DNA of 23,593 nucleotides from Candidatus Bathyarchaeia archaeon (GCA_050010515.1 JBEKKX010000037.1:1-23593); one strand, 5' to 3'; shown: positions 8,347-17,197, counted from the stretch's first letter. Notes: a model not told the origin generated them from the letters alone. A program made the numbers and translations.

Positions 8347-9516
8347 TCAGTATCCCATCAAGCCGCAGCATCGGGAGCATATTGGAAAAACTCCGTTGTC
8401 GCAGCTTCTTAGGGCTCGTCTGAATTTGCGGTGTTTTTCGTTATTGTATATTTCGAGGATACTTGATTCCTTAATGTTTCCTGTAACGAAGTCTGGAAAG
8501 TCTCTACATGTGACGGTATCTCCGTTTGGCATTACGTCTAATTGGAACCAGGGTGAAACACATTTTTTGTATCCGAAGAAATTTTCTGGTTCAGTATAAT
8601 ACGTTCGGATCTCCTCTGGTTTGAGGTCGGGTACAAACAGAATGGGTATGGAAGTTTTTTTAGATTTTATTTGTTGTACTTGCTCAGCAATTTTGTCTAT
8701 GTTCAATTTTGTTGTGTCGCGGACGTAGCCTTTCCATGCGAAAGGCGTTACGCCTAACTTTTCTTCTGCTATTTTTGTGTGTTTTTGTCCTATCCATTCT
8801 TTGGTGAACCATGAGTAGTAGATTGTCATGCCATCAGGGCTTAGTTTTTCTGCTTCTTTCACAGTGTCAAGTAATGTGGATTCATTGTTCTTGGAGATTG
8901 TTGTGATAATGAAGATGCCCGGTTTTGTCTTTTTTTTCTGTATCTTTATCTTTTGGATCGCCAATATTCCTTTTCTTGCTGTATCTAATGCGCCTGGGAC
9001 GCCCCGGCATTTGTCGTGAATTTCTCTGGGGCCATCGAAGGAGACGCAAATCATGTCCCAGCCGTTGTCAACTATGGTTTCAGCGTTTCTTTCTAGTCCG
9101 ACTCCGTTTGTTACTACTTGAACCGTTAGTCCTTTTTGTTTCATGTAGTTAACAAGGGGTACCAGTTGTTCGTAAAGAAAAGGTTCTCCGCCCGTTATGT
9201 AAACGTGAACTTTTTTGGGGGCAACTTCGTCTATTACTTTTTTGTAAATTTCAACTGGGACTTCCCCGGTAACTTTTGGTGTGTCATCTCTTGCGTTGTA
9301 TCCGCTTTGTCCCCATTGTGCACAGATTGCGCATCTGTGATTACAGCGATGCGTAATTCTCAGGCTCAGCAACCCAAGGGAAGAGCTGCTTCCGTCTTCA
9401 TTTCGGTAATCTAGTCTTGATTTAACAGCCCCCCTGTATGAAACTCTAGCGAAGCTCACCAAGAGTTCGGGGTTTCTGCACACCGGAGTAAAGAACTGTG
9501 TCGGAATCCGCCTCAT
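8347..9516 (-). CDS. Radical SAM enzyme with a C-terminal SPASM/twitch domain
   Basis: CNHRCAIC (CxxxCxxC), TGGEP, TNG and SFDG; C-terminal C...MPNGDTVTC...GNI...CSRCCG. Confidence 0.92.
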   Translation of the reverse strand: MRRIPTQFFTPVCRNPELLVSFARVSYRGAVKSRLDYRNEDGSSSSLGLLSLRITHRCNHRCAICAQWGQSGYNARDDTPKVTGEVPVEIYKKVIDEVAPKKVHVYITGGEPFLYEQLVPLVNYMKQKGLTVQVVTNGVGLERNAETIVDNGWDMICVSFDGPREIHDKCRGVPGALDTARKGILAIQKIKIQKKKTKPGIFIITTISKNNESTLLDTVKEAEKLSPDGMTIYYSWFTKEWIGQKHTKIAEEKLGVTPFAWKGYVRDTTKLNIDKIAEQVQQIKSKKTSIPILFVPDLKPEEIRTYYTEPENFFGYKKCVSPWFQLDVMPNGDTVTCRDFPDFVTGNIKESSILEIYNNEKHRKFRRALRSCDNGVFPICSRCCGLMGY

Positions 9517-9829
9517 GAATATTACTCGTTTGCTCTACCTTTTAGAATGGGGTACAATTTAAATTTGACCCATTGCCATTGAGTTTTGGCGCCCTTCAGA
9601 CCACGAAATAATGGTTTATAGTGGTTTTCAGACCGAGGGCTGACTCGATTTTCATAACGATCGGTTAACGAGAAGAAGAAGGCGTCAAAATAATCACAGG
9701 CTTTTCCCTATAATATTTACGAAAGCGCATGCACTCCTAAAATAGAATTAAAGTCTGTTGTTGAATTGAAAGCAAAATAAACAAAAGACAGAAAAACAGA
9801 CACCTCTTAAATATCTCTCAGTGTGGTGA

Positions 9830-10381
9830 TTGAGTTTGGCGTTGGATTGTTTTTTTCCTGGGAAGACGATTTTGATAGATGCTTCAGGATGGAGCGATCT
9901 CTTGTTGGGCGTGGTGGTTGGCGCGCTCAAGCCTCCAGAACGCATGTTGATGGAGCGCAGAATTCCCACATCTTCTTTTCAGCCGCCGAACTTCAAGAAC
10001 AAGAAATATTTGGATGACGCGGTGAAGATTGCCAACGAGATTGTCGCAGTAATGCAGCCTGACACTGAAACCTGTTTTAAGGTTTGTTCAGAATACGTTC
10101 TATCAAGTGTAAATGTGTACTTACTAAGCTTAGGGTTCAAGGTTCAAAGGGTCGAATCCACTGGCGAGCTTAAGCAGTTGGTTGAAAGAGGATATGTTAG
10201 ATGGTGTGTTGAAAAAGGTGTGCCTGAGGAAATGCTCAAAGACAAGAGGCGCTTCTGGACATTTCTGGAGTGGGTTGCTGAAAAGCCTCACTTGAGAGAA
10301 AGCCTTGTGAAGACTGGTTGGGCAAGCTGGGAGCACAAGTGGAGAGAAGAAATATTCAAAAAGACCCTTAAACCCACGTGA
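9830..10381 (+). CDS. Conserved hypothetical protein, probable RNase H-like fold
   Basis: ILIDASGWSDLLLGVVVG resembles the N-terminal IDEAGRG..GP.VV strand of RNase HII. A GGTGA SD-like element lies immediately upstream. Confidence 0.7.
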   Translation: MSLALDCFFPGKTILIDASGWSDLLLGVVVGALKPPERMLMERRIPTSSFQPPNFKNKKYLDDAVKIANEIVAVMQPDTETCFKVCSEYVLSSVNVYLLSLGFKVQRVESTGELKQLVERGYVRWCVEKGVPEEMLKDKRRFWTFLEWVAEKPHLRESLVKTGWASWEHKWREEIFKKTLKPT

Positions 10382-10431
10382 CTAACCAGTTAGTCATTTT
10401 CTTGTAATGTCAGCAATTTTTGTCAGTGTGT

Positions 10432-10632
10432 TTATTTGTCGTACCAGTAGATCGAAAATTTTGATGCGCATGCTGGATTTTGGCATTCAAGAACTTGCTC
10501 AACAACACTCTCTATGCCTTCGTCTTTTTCAGGTTTATTTGTAGACCAAAACGGGTGACTGCTGTCGGGTCTAGTGACCTGAATCTGGTTTTTGCATATA
10601 GGACAACAAACAATTACTTTTCCCATACACAT
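10432..10632 (-). CDS. Small zinc-finger protein (CPxC ... CxNPxC), 66 aa
   Basis: CPIC and CQNPAC; GGAGG 8 nt upstream of ATG 10632; paralog at 17624-17851. Confidence 0.8.
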   Translation of the reverse strand: MCMGKVIVCCPICKNQIQVTRPDSSHPFWSTNKPEKDEGIESVVEQVLECQNPACASKFSIYWYDK

Positions 10633-10848
10633 AGACTTATCCTCCATAACTATGTGAGAGATTCTCAAACATATCCTTTCCCTTTCATGATATGGGCTAA
10701 CAAGGGTAACTTCTCCAACGAGAGATGAATGGAGTTATTTTGTTAAAGAACGATTTGAATATACGAAAGAATCAATTCCTTAGTTGATCTTACCTTTTTT
10801 ATGGATTAAAAGAAAGAGCTTTCTATAGTTAAGTTATTAAGAAGATAT

Positions 10849-11072
10849 ACAGGTTGGGTCTGAGCCTTAAACATGTTCGCGGTCCACTGAGGCGATGTCT
10901 TAGTCGTTGCATGGTCTTTCACCGTTTTGACCACGCTGCTCATCTCCTCACTGCAACATTGCTTGTCCAGCCCATCGAAGCAAAGTCTTTGACGCGTATC
11001 AATTTTCCGCTGTTTTAATTGACGCGCTCAATGCCTCAATGCATTGCGTCTAAAGCGTGCTCCCCGACCTGC
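10849..11072 (-). ncRNA. Candidate structured non-coding RNA (about 224 nt), family not recognised
   Basis: Four nested long-range helices close a junction of three hairpins. A TATA box TTATATCA sits at -29..-22 and a T-rich tract lies downstream. No ORF of 60 aa or more. Confidence 0.6.
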
Positions 11073-11093
11073 AGGTGATAATAAGCGTAGGTT

Positions 11094-11107
11094 TGATATA
11101 ACTTGTC
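11094..11107 (-). promoter_or_regulatory. BRE/TATA promoter for the candidate RNA
   Basis: Minus strand GACAAG-TTATATCA, at the canonical distance from the first paired G (11072). Confidence 0.55.
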
Positions 11108-11224
11108 TTGAACAAAATCGCGGCAATAGACCCATTTGTTAAGCTGATAAAGACCTCATTTCTATCTAAATTCTGTCTCATCAACCGAAACTATCTTCAA
11201 GAGTCGGAATAACCTGATTTCATT

Positions 11225-11262
11225 TTTGACATGAACTACGCAATTTGACATGAACAGCGCAA
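11225..11262. repeat. Tandem 19-bp direct repeat
   Basis: TTTGACATGAACTACGCAA / TTTGACATGAACAGCGCAA (17/19 identical). Confidence 0.8.
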
Positions 11263-11524
11263 TTTTTTCTAAAATTTGATGGCGCGCATGGTGCTCCCAA
11301 ATTGGGCGACATTTGTTATAACGAGTTTTCTTTAGCCAAGAGGGCTGGTTGCGCGCTGCGTTTATGCGGTTGCAGTTTGCTTTCTCTGTTTTGAGTTTGC
11401 AAAAGCTCAGAAGGACGTCGGAAATGTATTTTCAGTAACAGATGTTATGCGAAAACAGGGGACTTTGGTTGATAAACTATTTATGATACACCAGACACAC
11501 CAAATAAAACTTTAGTGAAAACAG

Positions 11525-13204
11525 ATGGTTGAGTACAAGTGGGTTGCGCTTTCGAATACTACGCTTGGCACTTTGATGGCTTCAATCGACGGCACCATTG
11601 TTTTGATTGCGTTGCCCGCCATCTTTCGTGGAATTAACATTAATCCTTTTACGTCCTTTCAGTATATGCTGTGGATACTGTTCGGGTATAGTATTGTTAC
11701 TGCCACGTTGCTTGTCACTTTTGGCAGACTTTCAGACATGTTTGGGCGGGTAAGGCTCTACAACCTTGGATTCCTTATCTTCACAGTTGGCTCGATACTG
11801 CTTTCAATAACCCCAAGTCAGGGCGACGCAGGGGCTATCGAGCTAATAGTTTTCAGAATAGTCCAAGGAATTGGCGGCGCGTTCTTGTTCGCAAATAGCG
11901 CTGCAATAATAACTGACGCATTCCCAAGCAATGAACGGGGAAAAGCACTTGGAATAAACCAGATATCTTTCCTCGCCGGTTCTATTGTAGGTCTGGTTCT
12001 GGGGGGAATTCTAGCGATTATTAACTGGAGGCTCGTGTTTCTGGTGAGCGTTCCAGTTGGGGTGATAGGCACCGTTTGGTCGTACATGAAGCTGAAAGAA
12101 CGCGGCACTATTAGAAGAAACCAAAAATTGGACATTTGGGGGAACATCGCTTTTGGCGGGGGCTTAACATTAATTTTAGCAGGTGTTATCTACGGCTTGA
12201 TACCTTATGGGAACTCGGCTATGGGCTGGGGTAATCCATGGGTCATTGCCTCCCTCGTCGTCGGGGCGGGTCTTCTTATTGCTTTTCCGTTTATCGAAAA
12301 CCATGTTGCAGATCCAATGTTTAGGCTTGAGTTGTTTAAGATAAGAGCGTTTAGTGCAGGTAACCTTGCTTCGCTTTTCAGCACCATGTCAAGGGGCGGA
12401 GTTATGATAATGCTTATCATATTGCTTCAAGGAATATGGCTTCCTCTCCATGGGTACAGCTTTGCTTCCACACCGTTTTGGTGTGGCATATTAATGATAC
12501 CCATGTCGATAGGTTTTGTCTTAACTGGACCGATCAGTGGCTGGCTATCAGACAAACACGGCGCAAGACTACTCGCTACTTCGGGTATGGTGATTTCCGC
12601 CGCTGCTTTCGCAGGGTTCGTGCTGCTCCCAGCTGATTTCATCTACCTGTCTTTTGCGGTTGTGCTTTTCATAATGGGAATCGGGGGTGGCATCTTTGCT
12701 TCTCCTAACATGGCGTCTATAATGAACTCAGTACCCGCGGAACACAGAGGTGCCGCATCTGGAATGCGCGCAACCATACAGAACAGTGCAAATACGATAA
12801 GTCAGGCTATCTTTTTCACCATCATCATAGTGTCGCTCACCGGGAGTCTTCCAAGTGCCCTATCAGCTGCAGTTACGAGTGCCGGTGCGCCTTCGCAGCT
12901 TGCACAGGCCTTCAGTTCTACGCCAGCCTCAGGGGCCCTCTTCGCCTCATTTTTAGGCTACAATCCAGTCGCAACGATACTTCATACTCTTCCTGCATCG
13001 TTAGTGAGCTCCATACCAAATGCAACGCTGAATTATCTCACGGGATCAACCTTCTTCCCAAATGCAATTTCAGCTCCGTTCATGACTGCGCTGAGAGAAG
13101 CGTTCATCATCGGCGCCATGATGTGCGTTGTAGCTGCAGTTTGCTCCGCGCTAAGAGGCGGAAAATACGTATACGTACAAAAAAAACCCACGGAAAAAGA
13201 GTAG
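11525..13204 (+). CDS. MFS drug:H+ antiporter, DHA2 (EmrB/QacA) type
   Basis: [22 protein letters not shown] (motif A), [16 protein letters not shown] and [10 protein letters not shown]; about 14 TM helices. Confidence 0.93.
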   Translation: MVEYKWVALSNTTLGTLMASIDGTIVLIALPAIFRGININPFTSFQYMLWILFGYSIVTATLLVTFGRLSDMFGRVRLYNLGFLIFTVGSILLSITPSQGDAGAIELIVFRIVQGIGGAFLFANSAAIITDAFPSNERGKALGINQISFLAGSIVGLVLGGILAIINWRLVFLVSVPVGVIGTVWSYMKLKERGTIRRNQKLDIWGNIAFGGGLTLILAGVIYGLIPYGNSAMGWGNPWVIASLVVGAGLLIAFPFIENHVADPMFRLELFKIRAFSAGNLASLFSTMSRGGVMIMLIILLQGIWLPLHGYSFASTPFWCGILMIPMSIGFVLTGPISGWLSDKHGARLLATSGMVISAAAFAGFVLLPADFIYLSFAVVLFIMGIGGGIFASPNMASIMNSVPAEHRGAASGMRATIQNSANTISQAIFFTIIIVSLTGSLPSALSAAVTSAGAPSQLAQAFSSTPASGALFASFLGYNPVATILHTLPASLVSSIPNATLNYLTGSTFFPNAISAPFMTALREAFIIGAMMCVVAAVCSALRGGKYVYVQKKPTEKE

Positions 13205-13345
13205 AAGTTTTGCGCTCTCAAAATTTTTTTCAAGAGACAAGTACAAATAAAGAAAGTAGTGGATTTCTTGTCTATGCGTTTAACTGGAGTTAAAAAAATT
13301 TGACTCCGAAAATCTTTTTTAGGCGCGTTTTTCTTAAGAGAGCCT

Positions 13346-13774
13346 ATGCCGTCAGTTAAAGATATCATGACGAAGAATGTTGTTTCAATCGGTGTTAATA
13401 ATAGCGTTATTGAAGCAGCAGAGCTCATGGGTTCCAACCGAGTGGGTTGCTTGGTGATCATGGATGGCGAAGTGCCCATTGGAATAGTTACTGAGAGGGA
13501 TATTGTCAGAAGGGTCGTGGCGAAAAAAATGCCGCTGGATACCAAGGTCTCGGAGATTATGTCTAAGTCTCTTATTACAGTTGATCCTGATGCTTCGCTT
13601 AAGGAGGCGGCTAGGCTAATGTCAAGCAATAAAATCAGAAGACTTCCAGTATTGAAACAGAACAGATTAGTTGGAATAGTCGTCGCTGCCGATTTTGTGC
13701 GAAATTTTGGAAAAAAGACGATCTCCGAAGAAATACTGGAAGCCATGGGCCGCTACCCTTCGACTTTTCCATAA
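13346..13774 (+). CDS. CBS-pair domain protein
   Basis: VKDIMTKNV, GIVTERDIV, VSEIMS, IRRLPV and LVGIV. Confidence 0.93.
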   Translation: MPSVKDIMTKNVVSIGVNNSVIEAAELMGSNRVGCLVIMDGEVPIGIVTERDIVRRVVAKKMPLDTKVSEIMSKSLITVDPDASLKEAARLMSSNKIRRLPVLKQNRLVGIVVAADFVRNFGKKTISEEILEAMGRYPSTFP

Positions 13775-13931
13775 AGACGGTTACAGATCAGAGTACAAAA
13801 ATCTGCATTTTGAATTTAACCGCATTAACTTGCATAGAAAACAAAGGCATACAAAATATCTTAGGTTGGTTGGGATAGCGCACCCAAGAAAAACCGGCAT
13901 CCTCTCTTGGTTCTAAGTCCTAAACGTACAT

Positions 13932-14783
13932 CTACATTTGTGGAGGGTCAGGTGGCGGCTGCGTTTCAGGCGTGGTTTCAGGGGGAACTGAGGGGTTAGT
14001 CGTTTGGCGCATGACGATTTTTTTAGGAAGGTAAACTGCTGCAAACCCTATGCAGACAAATATCATCACGAGTTGTGCAGCTTGGCCAATTTGGCTTGTG
14101 GTGGCTACACCTAGAAAGTCTGTGGCGTCGTATACGCCGTGAATGAGCGCAAGTACCAGTATGTTTCCGCCTGACCAATAATACGTGATGGACATGGCTA
14201 AACCGAAAGTTATTAAGTCTATAAACGGCAGGACGCTGGCGATGCCGTATGTGATGCCGTAGTAGGCGTGGACTGAAGCAAACATCCCACTTGAAACAAC
14301 CGCCAAAGGAATCCAGTATTTCCCCTTAGAGATGCTGAGGAGCCCGCCGTAAATGAAGCCGCGAAACAGGTACTCTTCAGCGGGACCCACCACAAGTATG
14401 GAGACGGGAATCATCACCCACGCAACGTTGGACGATACGTTGAGTACGGGATTTGGCTTGTTTAGCAGGTTTGCGGCGTGCGGGTAAAAATGCACTATTA
14501 TAGCTAAAGCTATAATGGAAAGAAAAAGGCTGAGTACGGTTAAGACGCCGAATAGCCCTAAGCCGAATTTGGCGGCTTCCTTGTTGTTTTTGCCCGCTCG
14601 ATGGAGCAGTTGCCTGCCGAAGAGGAGGCTGACAACAAGAACGGGTATTCCGTAGACGACCAGGTATCCCGTTATCGACCCGTAACGTATCACGTATTGA
14701 GAGTAGACAGCTAGGAAGATGAACACTACGCCTACGAGATAGAGTTTCTTGGGTAAAGAGTTGGTGGGAAACATTGCATACAC
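13932..14783 (-). CDS. CPBP (type II CAAX/Abi) intramembrane protease with a Pro-rich tail
   Basis: EEYLFRG, FASVH and HGVYD motifs; multi-TM. The start may be ATG 14774. Confidence 0.9.
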   Translation of the reverse strand: MYAMFPTNSLPKKLYLVGVVFIFLAVYSQYVIRYGSITGYLVVYGIPVLVVSLLFGRQLLHRAGKNNKEAAKFGLGLFGVLTVLSLFLSIIALAIIVHFYPHAANLLNKPNPVLNVSSNVAWVMIPVSILVVGPAEEYLFRGFIYGGLLSISKGKYWIPLAVVSSGMFASVHAYYGITYGIASVLPFIDLITFGLAMSITYYWSGGNILVLALIHGVYDATDFLGVATTSQIGQAAQLVMIFVCIGFAAVYLPKKIVMRQTTNPSVPPETTPETQPPPDPPQM

Positions 14784-15146
14784 GCTAATAATAAATTAAT
14801 GCGGCTGCCAAATGTGGGTTCTAATCCTCTTTGTAAACATTGTGTTTTTAGAGTAAGAATCAAAGAGACCAAAAAAGGCTCATTTTAGCTACAGCTATGA
14901 GAATCAAGCGTGAAATGCTTCATCAGATAAAACAGGTTAGCTCTGAAGTTTAGTGAGAAACAGAGAAGTCTATTTACCGAGGACTTGAAAAAAAACAATG
15001 AAGAGAGAGCACATAACAAACGGGAGTTTGGCAATTCTTTTCTCGAAGACAACACAAAAGTTCACAAAAGACGGCCCATCAAGCATTCTCTAAGTTATTT
15101 TAAAGTAAAATTACAAGGTTTTGCTTGCTTTTCATTCTTAAGACTG

Positions 15147-15269
15147 CTACTTCTTTCCTTTAGCAGGAAGCTGTTGCCGCATCTGTTTCTTTTTTAGATC
15201 CTTCTCTCGCTGAGCTTTCTTCTGCTGCTCAAGCTGTGTATTCTTCTTTTTCCTTTTCATCACACTCAT
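15147..15269 (-). CDS. Unannotated 40-aa highly basic microprotein
   Basis: MSVMKRKKKNTQLEQQKKAQREKDLKKKQMRQQLPAKGKK*; GGGGTGA SD 4 nt upstream of the ATG. Confidence 0.6.
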   Translation of the reverse strand: MSVMKRKKKNTQLEQQKKAQREKDLKKKQMRQQLPAKGKK

Positions 15270-15657
15270 ATAGTCACCCCTAACCAAGCAAACAAACACA
15301 TCCCGCATTCTAAAACTTTACCCTTTCTGGAAGAAAATTAGGGAACCATGCGTGATCTTTATTGAATAACACAAAAACCGTCCGATTTTTTTTCGAGCTT
15401 AAAAGGTTTTTTTTGAATCTAAACCGTTAAAAATCAGTTGCTTACTTTCCATTTTAGGCTTTCTTTTTTTGTCTCGGATCAGCGCTTGAGAACTGAAGCA
15501 CAAGATCGAGAATAAAGTAGAAGACTCTTTTTCCTATGAAATTATCTTACGTGTAGAGTCTGCGCTTCGCTTGCTTTTAATTCCGAGAGAAATCATTATG
15601 AATATTGGTGTCTTATACATGGTTTATCTGGGTAAGTTTGCTTGAAGGGTGGCAATC

Positions 15658-15816
15658 TTGACGATTAAGACTTTGATTTGCGGATGCGTTTATGAAGAAA
15701 AAGATTGGATGCTTGTAAGAATAAAAGAATGCGAAAAGCATCATAAGCAACGAACCAGAAAAAGAGAATACAGACCAAAAGCGGAATGTAACAGAAATGA
15801 CACAAAAGGCGAGTAA
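15658..15816 (+). CDS. Unannotated 52-aa putative Zn-binding microprotein (CGC...CxxH)
   Basis: TTG start preceded by GGGTGG; MTIKTLICGCVYEEKDWMLVRIKECEKHHKQRTRKREYRPKAECNRNDTKGE*. Confidence 0.45.
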   Translation: MTIKTLICGCVYEEKDWMLVRIKECEKHHKQRTRKREYRPKAECNRNDTKGE

Positions 15817-16049
15817 AACGTTCAGCGCTGCACTCGGCGTGTTCACCGAACAAAAGTTAGTTAGATGTTAATCACCGACCGAAAATATGTCATCTTAATC
15901 CAGATATGGGTGCGAGAAATATTCAAAAAATCAATGCTCGCTTGGATTACAATTAGTTCACTATTACGTTGACTTAACCGTAATTATTTCTGCCGATGTT
16001 ACTGCTAGTCTTTTATAGTATAATTGACATGTATATAGTGTGAGTACAT

Positions 16050-16352
16050 ATGTCTAAGCTAGAAAAAAGTAAGAATAAGCAAATAGTAGCAAAAGCAACT
16101 CCAGTTAAGGAAATACCTGAAGGAAGAAAAATCGCCAAGATTCCCGAGTACGATGCAGTTTTCAAACAGATTATCGAGAGTCCTGAGAAGATGTTTAAGG
16201 TTGAGGTTGAAGGTAAAACAGTAAGATCAATGTACGCGCCATTCTCATTTAGAGTTAAGTCATACAACAAAAAACCAGACAGAAAATTCAATGCAGCACT
16301 CAGAGTCCGCAACAAAGAAATTTATATTGTCAAGTTGGACAAAAAAGAATAA
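16050..16352 (+). CDS. Small basic hypothetical protein, possibly nucleic-acid binding
   Basis: 100 aa and Lys-rich, with a helix-strand-helix-hairpin pattern. A TTTTATAG TATA-like element lies about 35 nt upstream. Confidence 0.75.
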   Translation: MSKLEKSKNKQIVAKATPVKEIPEGRKIAKIPEYDAVFKQIIESPEKMFKVEVEGKTVRSMYAPFSFRVKSYNKKPDRKFNAALRVRNKEIYIVKLDKKE

Positions 16353-16396
16353 AACACTCAACCTACATTCTTTCTCGCAAGTTGAGCAGATAAACT

Positions 16397-17185
16397 ATGT
16401 CTGAACATAAATCTGAATGGCCTGAATCTGGAGATCTCGTAATCGCCACTATAGAGAGTGTGATGGATTATGGAGCTTATGCTAACCTAGATGAATACAA
16501 CAAACGCGGGTTTCTTCATATCTCCGAAATCTCCAGCGCCAGAATAAGAAACGTCCACGACTACGTTCGTGAAAAACAAAAAATGGTTCTAAAAGTTCTC
16601 CATGTAAACCTTGAAAAAGGCCACATTGACTTATCCCTCAGACGCGTTACAAAACGCGAAAGAATTGAAAAAATCAAAGCTTGGAAAAGAGACCGCAAAG
16701 GCGAAGTACTTCTGCGTGCGGTCGCAGAAAAAGTAGGTTTGCCCGTACATGAAGTCTACCAGAAAGCAGGCGTTATCTTGGAAGAAAGCGTCGGTTTATA
16801 TGAAGGCTTCGAAAAAGCTCTCAAAGAAGGTACAGAAGCCCTAACTAAACTTGACATACCTGAAGACATCGCCAAAGCCTTCGTCCAAGTTGCAGAAGAA
16901 CGCATCCATATCAAAATGGTGAAAGTCAGAGGTACGCTTGAAATTCGCTGCATGAAACCCAACGGCGTTAAATGCATCCAAGACGCATTCATCGACGCCG
17001 AGAAAGCACAAAAAGCTAAAGACGCTAAAATCGAATTTTGCGTTATCGCCGCTCCTAGATACAGCGTAGAAGTCTCCGCTGATAACTGGAAACGTGCTGA
17101 AGAGCTTCTCGACGAAGTAAGCCAAAGCGTCGTCACAAACATCACTAAGGCAGGGGGACACGGCTCTTTTAAAAGAGAGAAATAG
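16397..17185 (+). CDS. eif2a: Archaeal translation initiation factor 2 subunit alpha (aIF2-alpha)
   Basis: WPE.GDLVIATI..V.DYGAYA.LDEY, LHISEIS, KGHIDLSLRRV, PNGV..I, AAPRY and GGHGSF. Confidence 0.96.
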   Translation: MSEHKSEWPESGDLVIATIESVMDYGAYANLDEYNKRGFLHISEISSARIRNVHDYVREKQKMVLKVLHVNLEKGHIDLSLRRVTKRERIEKIKAWKRDRKGEVLLRAVAEKVGLPVHEVYQKAGVILEESVGLYEGFEKALKEGTEALTKLDIPEDIAKAFVQVAEERIHIKMVKVRGTLEIRCMKPNGVKCIQDAFIDAEKAQKAKDAKIEFCVIAAPRYSVEVSADNWKRAEELLDEVSQSVVTNITKAGGHGSFKREK

Positions 17186-17197
17186 CAAGGTGGAAAC

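Noticed and set aside
10806-10943. 45-aa minus-strand ORF (MSSVVKTVKDH...) preceded by GAGGAG inside the candidate RNA
   Set aside because: The SD abuts the ATG with no spacer, the peptide has no recognisable features, and it does not explain the nested pairing. It cannot be fully excluded.
10849-11072. RNase P, SRP, raiA or cobalamin riboswitch identity for the structured region
   Set aside because: The hallmark conserved sequences of each were not found by eye. An Rfam search is still needed.
11225-11262. CRISPR-like repeat
   Set aside because: Only two abutting copies, no spacer and no cas genes.
13033-13746. 237-aa minus-strand ORF
   Set aside because: Antisense shadow of the CBS and MFS genes.
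14985-15853. ORF-track entries 14985-15197 (+), 15613-15846 (-) and 15665-15853 (-)
   Set aside because: Low-complexity shadows of the opposite-strand microproteins, which have better SD signals.
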